From: Tubulanus polymorphus
Lineage: Eukaryota > Animalia > Nemertea
Direction of reading: 5' to 3'
DNA: 64,000 nucleotides
Assembly: GCF_964204645.1 (NCBI RefSeq)
Contig: NC_134031.1
Coordinates: 11,162,088 to 11,226,087 of the forward strand
This document shows positions 10,918-21,274 of this stretch, one piece after another. The position numbers and the translations under genes were made by a program. Below the pieces are notes generated by a model, which saw only the letters and a list, made by a program, of their open reading frames with translations, was not told where the DNA came from and did not search any database. Every line of letters begins with the position of its first letter. The stretch's first letter is position 1.

Positions 10918-11512
10918 TTATTTTAGTTAATTTTTGTTCTGATTCATTTTCTGTTTCACTGTTTGGTTGTAGTACATCTGTTTCGTTCTTACCTGATTTA
11001 TATTCCATAGGCTTGATGTTCGAAAATGTTATGACACCAGTAGAAATTAATGTCATAACCGATCCTAATTGAAATGAAGCATATCCGACCCATTTTTGTA
11101 ATTCAGTCATAACTAAGTAGTCATTTTTCAAATCACTATATAATTTATTTTCATCATCAATTGGTATTAACTGGTTACATAACTTAGAATAACATTTGAC
11201 AATACCATCTGAAATAGAATCATTTATTCTAGCTAATCTTGACTCTTCATAAATCTTAAAATATTTTATTACTTTTTCTTTATTCATATTATCTAATTCT
11301 TGAAAAGTTATTGTTTTACCAATAAACTCTTTAGTTTTTCCACTCGCAATCAATAGTTCTAGATGATGCTTACAATATAAATAGTATTCATAATCTATAT
11401 TGTTATTAACTTGAATAGAATTAGAAACAACTGTATCTTTATTATCACTAATACCTAAATCATCTAATGTCTTTTCAATATCAATATTATTCTTACTCGA
11501 TTTCTTTGACAT
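10910..11512 (-). CDS. Polinton hypothetical protein
   Basis: 200 aa; disrupted homologue at 36401-37009. Confidence 0.7.
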   Translation of the reverse strand: MSKKSSKNNIDIEKTLDDLGISDNKDTVVSNSIQVNNNIDYEYYLYCKHHLELLIASGKTKEFIGKTITFQELDNMNKEKVIKYFKIYEESRLARINDSISDGIVKCYSKLCNQLIPIDDENKLYSDLKNDYLVMTELQKWVGYASFQLGSVMTLISTGVITFSNIKPMEYKSGKNETDVLQPNSETENESEQKLTKINE

Positions 11513-11759
11513 TTATATTAGAGAAATTTAATAAGAATAGTATTATAAGTATTCTTCAAATGATACTAGATAGTTAAAGTTAAAGAATTCTAGTATTGAC
11601 TACTGATACTAGCTATTTGAATTTAAAGATTTTCTATTTGAATCTATTCAAAATATAAAGTATTCTCTTTTGAAAAGAAAGTATTAAAAATATAATAGAA
11701 ATAATAGATAGTTGAAGGTATGTAATTTTTATTATATTTTATTTAAAATCTATTATTCT

Positions 11760-12557
11760 TTAACCACTCATTAAAGACTCAACGTATTGTTCATTATGTG
11801 TTGAATTCCATAATTCAATAATTTTTTTTGCTTTATCCAGTTGATTCAAATATAACTGTAAATCTAGTTTATTAAATTTTATTTTATTTTCTTTCTTTTC
11901 AAGAGGTCTTAGATTCTTCCAATTCCATATTAACTTCTGATTGTATTCATCATTCATGTCAAATTTAGATATTGGTAACATATGATCAATATGAAAATAA
12001 TTGCCATAATTATTTATATTCATTTTATCATCGAATTGAAATATTATCCATGATTTGAAGAATTCATCCGAACAATCTAGTAAATTAGATAATGTGTATG
12101 AGTGACTGTCTTTACTGAATAATTGTGTTAATCTAGTCCTTAAGCATTGTTTCAATCTAAAATTAAGATCTGTTTGATATTTTTCATTTTGATAATTGTT
12201 AATATTCTCTCTATTATTTTCCCTCCATTCTCTCATATATTCTGGGTGATTTTCTCTCCATTCTCTCATATATTCTGGGTGATTTTCTCTCCATTGTTTA
12301 TTATAAACTTTCCATTTTTCTGGATTATTTTCTCTCCATTGTTTATCTTTTTCTTTATATTTTTCTGGATTATTTGCTCGATATTGTTTATTATATAGTT
12401 TATAACAAGTTTTGCAATAACAACTTTTACCATCTTTAGTTTTTTTATGATTATGAAATTCTGTTAATGATTTATTCAATTCACACTTATTACATTTCTT
12501 ATAGCATATATTTATTACACCATTATTGTTTATATTTATAGTTTGTGTACTTTCCAT
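11760..12557 (-). CDS. HNH-type endonuclease with N-terminal C4 zinc finger and WREN(N/H)PE repeats
   Basis: CNKC..CYCKTC; HIDHMLP...NLRPL...EN motif; homologue at 35397-36071. Confidence 0.78.
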   Translation of the reverse strand: MESTQTININNNGVINICYKKCNKCELNKSLTEFHNHKKTKDGKSCYCKTCYKLYNKQYRANNPEKYKEKDKQWRENNPEKWKVYNKQWRENHPEYMREWRENHPEYMREWRENNRENINNYQNEKYQTDLNFRLKQCLRTRLTQLFSKDSHSYTLSNLLDCSDEFFKSWIIFQFDDKMNINNYGNYFHIDHMLPISKFDMNDEYNQKLIWNWKNLRPLEKKENKIKFNKLDLQLYLNQLDKAKKIIELWNSTHNEQYVESLMSG

Positions 12558-12689
12558 TTAAAATATATATTTTTACTAAATTGGTTAATATTTTATAATC
12601 CTCTTCCATTTCTTCGACCAACATCATCCTTTTTCATTCCTCGCTGCTTTTGATAAGTCAGTTTCAATTCCTTGATATCTAAATAATAC

Positions 12690-13040
12690 CACTGGGCAAA
12701 ACCGCTCTTATAGGAGCGCTTTTGCTTAATGCGCATGCGTTAATCATAATTATATATTCATTCTGTAAATTCTGTAAAATAGAAACGACCGACATAAAAT
12801 ATCAAAACGTGTTCGCACTAAGCAAAACCGCTCTTATTGGAGCGTTTTTACTTAATACGCATGCGCTAATCATAATTATATATTCATTCTGTAAAATAGA
12901 AACAACTGAACATAGAAAATTCAAACGCATGTGCACTAGGCAAAACCGCTCTTATAGGAGCGTTTTTGATCAATGCGCATGCGCTAATCATAATTATATA
13001 TTCATTCTGTAAAATAGAAACGACCGAACATAAAAATTCA
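12690..13040. repeat. Three ~120 bp tandem units, each with a hairpin GCAAAACCGCTC-TTAT(A/T)G-GAGCG(C/T)TTTT
   Basis: Units start near 12690, 12816 and 12934. Confidence 0.9.
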
Positions 13041-13127
13041 CCAATCAGATTTACACAATACATTATACAAGTATGTTCGATCGTTGTATTGACAAAATTT
13101 ATAGTTTCAACTAATACATTATTTTAT

Positions 13128-13865
13128 TTATAATTCCAACCAGAACTTTTCAATTTCTGGATCATTGTCAAACATTTTTTCAATATCGTTTAAGTATTTT
13201 ACTATATCAGAAAATGACAAACTTAAAAATTGGAATCTTTTATATGTAATTAATCTCCCTACACTTCTTGATTTTCTTTCATACCCAGCACTAATACCTA
13301 TATATTTTTTAACCCAAGAAGTCCAAGAAATCCCCGCAGTTTGTTTATTAAACATTAAAAATCCCCTATTTAAACAATCCCCGAAAATGATATAATCCCA
13401 TAAATGCTTTGCTTTTTTAAATAACAAGGTTCTATAATTTTTTTTCAATAAAACAGTTATTTCATTAAATGATGTTACACCTTCTATTTCTTTAAAACTT
13501 ACATCTTTTTCATTTGATAATTTTGATTTTAAAAACTTATTTAACTCATTTCCGCTCATTTTCTTTTCAGTTTTTGTTCCTTTTAGTCTTAACAATATTT
13601 CTACATTGGTTGTTGGTCTTTTCGGTAATGATGTTACGCTTGATTGCTGGTTTTCTATTATTTTTTCTAAAATTAATGTCATTTCTTGATGGTAATATAA
13701 ATGTTTTTTAACTTCTTCTAACGTTTCATCTTCTATATCGAAAGATTCTTTTACTTCAGTACCCATTTCGGTTGGTTCATCTTCCATTTCGGTTGGTTCA
13801 TCTTCCATTTCGGTTGTCCTCTGAGAATCAAGAGTACTTCTTGATACACACGACATTTTATTCAA
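13128..13865 (-). CDS. Hypothetical protein; C-terminal half loosely resembles DUF3102-like helical domains
   Basis: 245 aa; TEMEDEP repeats; G..L......W..W....GIS....R pattern; domain call is tentative. Confidence 0.55.
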   Translation of the reverse strand: MNKMSCVSRSTLDSQRTTEMEDEPTEMEDEPTEMGTEVKESFDIEDETLEEVKKHLYYHQEMTLILEKIIENQQSSVTSLPKRPTTNVEILLRLKGTKTEKKMSGNELNKFLKSKLSNEKDVSFKEIEGVTSFNEITVLLKKNYRTLLFKKAKHLWDYIIFGDCLNRGFLMFNKQTAGISWTSWVKKYIGISAGYERKSRSVGRLITYKRFQFLSLSFSDIVKYLNDIEKMFDNDPEIEKFWLEL

Positions 13866-14334
13866 CTAAAAGATATCAGCGGTAGAACAGGAACCGCGAT
13901 ATTATATGATATAAATATTTTCAAGTCTATCGTTTCTAATTATTATAACTTATTATAGTTCAAGTTATTATCTATCTAACGTAAAATAGAATTAACTGTA
14001 TGAAGTTGTAGTTGTCAAAAGCACTTAAAGGTTTCATATTTAATAGCCCCAATAACTACAAAAAACAGTACTTACATTTAGATTTATAATTGTAAACTAT
14101 AAACTCTTAATTTCGTTTATCCTGAGCACAATGTTACAGCGTATGTCCATTTCCGGGGCGATTTCTAGAATGACACGTCGTTGATTATGCCACGTCATCT
14201 AGTTCCGGTTTTAGAATTTTCTCTACACGTTTGTAATATTATGTGTCATAATGTCTCGTCGTCATAGTAACAACTGTAACGGCTGTGAATTTATAGATTT
14301 ATTCCATAGCTCTGTACATTCAATGTATATAGGT

Positions 14335-14571
14335 TCAAATAGAATCATGTTCTAGTATAAACATCGGATCCTCAACATATTGTTCATTATTTGGATCATT
14401 ATTCCATAATTCAATAAATTTCTTTCCCTTTGTTAACTGTTCTGAATATAACTGTAAATATTCTAGTTTCAATTTATTCTCTAAATGTGTTTTAGTTTTA
14501 TTGTGTCTTGCTTTTTGGGATTTATCTATATTGATATTACATGTTGGGCAGTAGTACTTATTTGCTTCCAT
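14335..14571 (-). CDS. Small C2H2 zinc-finger protein, C-terminus altered by the insertion
   Basis: CPTC...H...H; uninterrupted version at 35066-35317. Confidence 0.65.
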   Translation of the reverse strand: MEANKYYCPTCNINIDKSQKARHNKTKTHLENKLKLEYLQLYSEQLTKGKKFIELWNNDPNNEQYVEDPMFILEHDSI

Positions 14572-14651
14572 TTTAATACTAAATTTTTTATTAAAATTGA
14601 TTTTAGAAGTTCAATGATTTAAATGTTATTCATATATATGAATATTTTAAG

Positions 14652-14918
14652 AGTAATAGGGATAATGGGCTTTCAAGCTAAAGGTTGAACGGGCGGGTGA
14701 GTAAAAATGAAAAAACATAAAAATAATTACAATTTCTACTTGAATTAGGAGTGAAACTCATAAAATGAAAAATAAATTCGAGCGTGTGAGAATTTATTTT
14801 TCATTTTTATGAGTTTTGCGAGTAATTCAAGTAGAAATTGTAATTATTTTTATGTTTTTCATTTTTTACGAGCTCGACCGTTCGACCTTTGGCTTGAAAG
14901 CCCATTATCCCTATTACT
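14652..14918. repeat. Right-terminal 267 bp imperfect hairpin of Polinton copy A
   Basis: AGTAATAGGG...CCCTATTACT; loop near 14780-14789. Confidence 0.95.
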
Positions 14919-15224
14919 AATAGTTAGCGCGTAGTTGTCAATTATCTATTTAAACTCGTCACTTTGAAGTCTGGTAACTTTTCACCCAATTCAATACGCT
15001 AGTGTTACATGTTATCAGGCACATATACGTACTCCCTAAGGGGCTAATAGATCGCGCATTATTTCAATTAGAATCACTGTGACGCTGAATTCCAGTATTG
15101 AAAAACGTTAACTTACAAATAACGAAGAATTTTACGTTAATGTTAACGAGCTACAGGACCAAAGTTCCTTCATTTGTGTATACATTAGTACTGCGATACA
15201 CGTCAACGAGTCATACCTTTACTG

Positions 15225-16350
15225 CTTAGGTGTTTTACTGCTTTAGTATCGAATGATAACACTTTTATTCGGAATTATGGTTCTCGATATTTTAGAAAAA
15301 TACAGTTCAAGCGTTTTATGGTTTACTAAATTCTTTATTTTCACTAAACGAGGTTCTAACAATTTTCAATTTTGAAGAAATGAGGTTTGAACTTTTTTAA
15401 TAGGAAAATACTATACGGTTTTGACAAAATAACATTAGTTAAAAATACGGTTTGACTATTTTTCGATTTTACATATTCGAGGTTTGAATATTTTTCAATT
15501 TGAACTAACAACAACGAAAATCTTGTAAAAAATAAATATGATTAGTGTTCCCACGTATAATAATCCATGTTGTTTTTTATACAAAAAAAATCAAATGCTC
15601 AAGCATGCATCAATAGATCTTCGGTCATCTCATCTTTTTTCTTTTTTGTGCTTGGAAATGAAATACAACTTCATTGAATGTGAATGTGAAATTTAAAAAC
15701 TGACTCTTGCGTGATTTTTTCAATCTTTATAAATTTACCAAGGTCTAGCTGTAAAATGCATGAAATGTAGAAAATCTCGATATAATATTGCAATGTAAAA
15801 GTATGGGGAATTTGTGAAAATATGTTTAAAAAACATAAATATTTAAGAAAAGTTTTTAAAAATTGGGAATTTTGTAACAAAGAAAAAGCGATGCGAAAAA
15901 AGATAAAGTATATACATATACATATTTTTGTCTGTTATTTCTCTATATTTGGAAAGACTAAAGTGATTTAGTTACATGTGTGTGTAGTTTCGTTGTTTAA
16001 AATCTCTTGTGTATACAAAACTTTGGAACCATATTTTTCAAAAACCTAAAAATTGTTATACCGCGTTTATTGAAAATTTAAAATCATCATCCTACTAAAA
16101 CGCCATATACTGAAAAATGCTAAAACCGGAAATCCCATTTTCTATTTTTTCATCAAACCTGTTAGTATTTTCCTATTAAAAAAGTCCAAACCATATTTTT
16201 TAAAAACTGAAAAATTGTTAAACCTCGTTAACTGGAAATAAAGAATTCTGCATTATAATCAATGTAAGTTATCGGGAAATGCTTACAACTCGAAATCTAA
16301 TAAACTGCGGTTTTACATATTCGACACTAAAACACTAAAATCACTTAAAC
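15225..16350. mobile_element. Diverged foldback/MITE-like element
   Basis: 15329-15412 is an approximate reverse complement of 16162-16247; 15243-15254 pairs with 16318-16329. Confidence 0.55.
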
Positions 16351-16544
16351 ACTAACGCACTAGGATGCGCATTATAAGAGTATTTCTATTGATAAATCAT
16401 CTAAAACTTTGAAAATGCCGGAGGGCTACAATGCTGTATAAATTGAGCTTGTCAACACTTTGTATACAATACATAACATTAGAACATGTCCAAGCGCGTG
16501 GCATTGAGTCAAGCCCCGTAACCATCTAGTCTCTGATCTTTCAG

Positions 16545-17004
16545 TTAACCTCATAATTAATTTAACTAAATTCCGTCCTGCAAACCATAAGCTCCCAATA
16601 GAAACTGGCCGATGGAATAATGTAAAGCGTGCTGAAAGAATATGTAAATTGTGTAATAATGGAATTGGGGACGAATTTCATTACCTTTTCAACTGTATAT
16701 ATTTAAATGATAGAAGGGAGTTATACCTAGACAGGAGATTTTATACGAACCCCCAACATTTTCAGATAAAAATTATTAATGCAAACTAAAGATGTAGCCG
16801 AACTCCGTAAACTGTGTATTTTTGTTGGAAGAATTTTGAAACTTTTCAATTGATAGCTCACATGAAAATCAATGTGTAATTATGTATCTATCTACTGTGC
16901 GTCCTATATATAATGTATTTATTTTTATGTATACTGTATCACTCGAATTGTCTTTGTATTAAGACCAAAAGTTTGTCAAATAAAGCAAAAGTAAAGTAAA
17001 GTAA
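16545..17004 (+). mobile_element. 5'-truncated LINE, RTE-X-like 3' end
   Basis: Translates as NHKLPIETGRW...RICKLC..GIGDEFHYLFNC (C-terminal CCHC region); AATAAA then (AAAGT)n tail. Confidence 0.75.
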
Positions 17005-18199
17005 TAGTTTTTTCGATTCATCCATGAGATTGTAACGTTAATAAATTCGCTTGCGATATGTTAATAGTTATACTAGAGAAATATCTCAAAGCGTCTTTCT
17101 TTGGCGTTTTTCCATGCGATCGACTACCAGATATAAACCAGCGTCCCGCTGGGTTTTATAGTAAACACTGACAATTACGACGAACCGGGTGAACATTGGC
17201 TAACTGTATATATAAACGATTACGGAATCGGTTATTTTTGATTCGTTCGGGCAACATACCGGAACTTGTGATAAATGTTAGAAAAATACTTGGATGAAAA
17301 TTGTATAGATTGGAAATATAATAATAAGATGTATCAAAACGTATTATCCGATGTATTTCTGTTATTACGCGATATTTGTACTATTGCACCTATGTCACGG
17401 TAACGATTTACGCGATATTACGAAACTATTGTCGAATAAAACTAATGATAATGATTATTTTGTAAAAGAAAAATTTATCGTGAAATATTTTAAGCTTCTA
17501 TAATAAACTATTATGTATATGAATTTTGTCGTTTCTGAATTATATTTCTATAAACTCGCCGTAGAAAACCATCTGTTACTAGTCTAGGTTTTCCAAACAG
17601 CTTAATCGCGTCAGTCAATCAACAAACAACCAACAAACCCGAAATGGGTATACTATAGTTGGTTTGCTCATACTTAATTTCCCCAATCGCGGTTGTGTCT
17701 CTGATCTAAATAACTTATTCGGCAGATGCTAACAACGGGTCAATGGTTTTTGTTTCTCAATTACTTAATTGCGTAATTTTCATCCTGCATATTCCGTCAC
17801 ATATCATCGAGGGTACTGACCAGATATTTTAGATGGTAGATGCTAACCATGGGTCAATGGTATTTGTTTCTCAATTACTTAATTACGTTCATAGATGATA
17901 TTTTGTATCAAGGGGTCTGGCCAACGACAAAATGCTTGATTATTATAGAGTAAATCCGAATAAAATGAGACAGATATGAAATATTATATACATTGCAAGT
18001 TTATTATTTACTCGTTCATCTAAAAAACATAAATTTTTTTTTTCCAAAAATATTATACATATACACGGGTTATGGCTTTTATTTATACAATCCGGTAGAT
18101 GACGAATGAGTAGCTACGTATAAAAATTCGTAAAAGATAGAAACTCACTACTTTAGTTAATCCTCTTTTGGTCAGAGCGGTTTTAAATTACTTTAATTA

Positions 18200-18510
18200 T
18201 ACTTGGGTTATCATTATACCGTATTCAGGTGCTTTCTAACCCCGCTTGTGTCTTTTGCGCAGTACGGGCATCTGTATTCCTGATTCGAGTGACTCGAATC
18301 GTACCAGCACGGTCTCATATTAGCCAGTTCGGATATATCTTCTGTAAAATTAATGTCTTTCAATTTTTTTCCATTGTTCCAATGTTAGTTTTACGCCGCA
18401 TCTAGTCGGATTTACGTCGAAAAGCTCATCGTGTTGATCGTATTTTCGGATATCTACGTAATACGGTGATCGTGACTAGATCCATATATCTTGATAAAGT
18501 TCGAACGTAA
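18200..18510 (-). pseudogene. Degenerate duplicate of the PC4-domain gene 3' part
   Basis: Close nucleotide similarity to ~19388-19700. Confidence 0.8.
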
Positions 18511-19387
18511 CATTTCGGCTACTATTTTAGTGCTCCAATAACAGACATCTTGGAAATGATTTGTCCTAAAACTACCCCCTTATTTATGGGTCTAAGTCAG
18601 ACGACTAATTAGTTGATTAATTCTCATAGTCTAACAGTTTACTCAAAGTATTTGAGGATTCTATCACATATAATTAACGGTGTTTTTTATACTCGGGTCT
18701 AATATCACCCAGCATATAGGACCATCTGTTCGGTTTTTTCTAAACAATTTAATTACCTCAGCGCTATGAGCACTAAAAATGTTCGAATTATTGCTAGTGT
18801 AATTGGTTTGAAACCTCACACATAATTTCCCATCTCGGACGTGTCTCCGATCTAAATCACTTAATTGCCTTCGTCTTCCACATATAATTAATGGTGTTTG
18901 GATACTATCGACCCATCTGCTACTAGTCTAGGTAATTGGTTTTGCTCACACCTATTTTCCCCAATCGTGGTCATGTATTGATCTAAATCAATTAATTGCC
19001 TTCTTTGTCGGTATATGGTATCATGGGTCTGGATAGCAACGAAATGCTAGATTAACGTAACTCAGAATGAGTCAAAAATGAAATCTTTTATTCAATTAAT
19101 GTTTTATTTAGTCCTAAAAAACATAAATATTTTTATAAATATTGTAGATAAACATAGGTCATATACCTATACATGAAAAAACCATAAATTTCATAAAAGA
19201 TAGAAACTCACTACTTTAGTTAATCCTCTTTGGTTAGAGCGGATCTTAATGAAGTCCTGGATTAGTCATTTCGGATACTTATTTCTATCTAAGAGTTTAA
19301 CGCAAACTAACGTATATAAATTGATGTATTTTACATATTTTGTTGTTCGGTTATGATATAAATATTATCTAATTAATATCTGTGAAA

Positions 19388-20215
19388 TTATACTTGGGTG
19401 ATCATTACACCGTATTCAGGTGTTTTTCGTACTCCAGAAGTGTCTTTTGCGCAGTACGGACACCTGTATTCCTGATTCGAGTGACTCGAATCATACCAAC
19501 AGGGCGTCATGTTGGCTAGTTCGGGTATATCGTCATTAAAATTAATGTCTTTCAATTTTTTCCATTGTTCCAATGTTAGTTTTACACCGCATCTAGTCGG
19601 GGAAACACCGAGAGGTTCATCGAATAGATCGTATTTTCGGATATCTACGTAAATACGATGATCGTGACTAGACCTATATATTTTGATAAAGTTCGTACGA
19701 CCAACAGTCATTACACCCACGTATTCGATATCTTCTTTAACGCGCGCAATTTCGTGTTCGATATCGGATTTACAAAAATCTATATGCACCCACTCTTGGA
19801 GATCGAGCGAAATACCGTTTTTAGTGGGATACAGTTGTTTTCTTCGTTCACAGCACTCGTAGGACCGTAAATCTACACGTTTTACCCCCTGCCACGTTTT
19901 CGCACTCGCGTAAACAAGAGATCCCAGATAATGGGGTTCGGGGTCATTGTTCCAGGTGTTACGCAAGTTCGCACTTTTCGACGGGCCGGCGACAGCGGTG
20001 TCATTAACGATCGAACCTAAAAGAACAATAAAATATTATATATCAGTATACGTATATTTTAATATTTGACGGTTTCGAATACGGGAAATAAGTAGAAACT
20101 TACTAAAGTCGAGTTTCAGCGAGGGGTGTTTTCTTTTTCTAGATTGAAGCGATGACTTTGCTTTAACTGGTGTATTAGATATTTCTAAAATACTTTGTCC
20201 GCTGGCCGAATCCAT
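19388..20215 (-). CDS. Spliced gene with two tandem PC4-like ssDNA-binding domains (exons 20215-20104 and 20016-19388)
   Basis: VDLRSY...PTKNGISLDLQEW and VDIRKY...PTRCGVKLTLEQW motifs; GTAAGT donor and TTTTAG acceptor keep the frame. Confidence 0.8.
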
Positions 20216-20616
20216 TATTACGATGATGTTTTATGATGTTGACGGTTCAAAGTCTCTGAGCAGAATGACTAAATTATGGATTTGCAACGCGTTTTTATTG
20301 TCAGAAAATGACTTACCCGAACTCGTTTTATGGTTTTACATGTTACGAAATATGTTCGCCTAAACTTGTCTATGATTTCACAATAGCCGTCAAAAGAAGC
20401 CATCTTGGATTTAACCCCGCTCCCCTCTCTATACACGCGCTCGCATAGGATTATATAATCATGGCGTCATCTAGGATGACGTCACTCGCTTACACACGTA
20501 CACACAAACGCACGCATGCGCACGCATCTGTATAGGATTACGGACTAGCGCCATCTAGGATTTAACTGCGCACTCGCTTTGTTTACACTCGCATAAACGA
20601 GACGTGACTTACGAAA

Positions 20617-21178
20617 ATGTCTGGCGATTTTTTTACCGTGGAAAACATTTTCCTAAAAAAAAAAAAAATCAACTACCACGGAACATGAAATAAATCATGT
20701 CGACTTTGAAGATATCGACTGGTCTACCGGATTTGCGATTTGCAAATATTGTAATACGACAATTACATACGGTAGTTTTCGAGTAACGACGTGTTGCAGG
20801 AAACCGATTTGTGAAGATTGCTGGCTAGTGAACGCTCGATGGTTAGGCGTTCAACATGATTTCGAATGTCCTATCGAGAATTGCATGGCACATTTTAGGA
20901 TTATCAAACATATCGCGAAAAAAGACTGTTATCGTTGTCACGCGCAAGAGGATTTGCTTCATTGTTGTGATAAAACTATATGCTGGCCCTGTTTAAGCGA
21001 ACTTAAAACGTGTGAAGGGTATGAAGAAAATTTTTGTTATAACTGCATAACTTTATTTTGTGGCATCAACACGTGTTTAATATGTTTGGAAATAACTAAA
21101 CAAAAGACAGACTGCTGCGACGCTTATATTCACGTCTCGTGCGCCAAGGAATTCGGATTTAAACCGTGTTTAAACTAA
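20617..21178 (+). CDS. Cysteine-rich, RING-like repeat protein; probably frameshifted in the poly-A run near 20655
   Basis: Repeated CxxC...CC...CxxC units; upstream ATG at ~20617. Confidence 0.5.
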
Positions 21179-21274
21179 ATTTTAACGGTGAATAAAATGT
21201 TTTTTTTTAATTGTTTTACATTGTTTTTTTAATTTTTGGTTTTCTTTGTCTCGAATTTGCCCGTACTCAGGGAA

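Larger units (their letters stand above)
12686..14368 (-). mobile_element. 1.7 kb insertion specific to copy A, possibly Helitron-like, carrying one ORF and a three-unit hairpin array
   Basis: Absent from copy B at the equivalent site (gttgagga|atttgatatc, ~35268); starts with TC after an A on the minus strand; hairpin followed by CTAG-like motif at the other end. Confidence 0.55.
1..14918 (+). mobile_element. Polinton/Maverick-like endogenous virus, copy A (right part; left part outside window)
   Basis: pPolB C-terminus, capsid-like ORFs, A32-type ATPase and rve integrase in a compact, very AT-rich, intronless array; ends in ...CCCTATTACT at 14918, the same terminus as copies B and C. Confidence 0.92.

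Noticed and set aside
12690-13040. CRISPR-like array
   Set aside because: Whole units are repeated, there are no unique spacers and no cas genes, and the context is eukaryotic.
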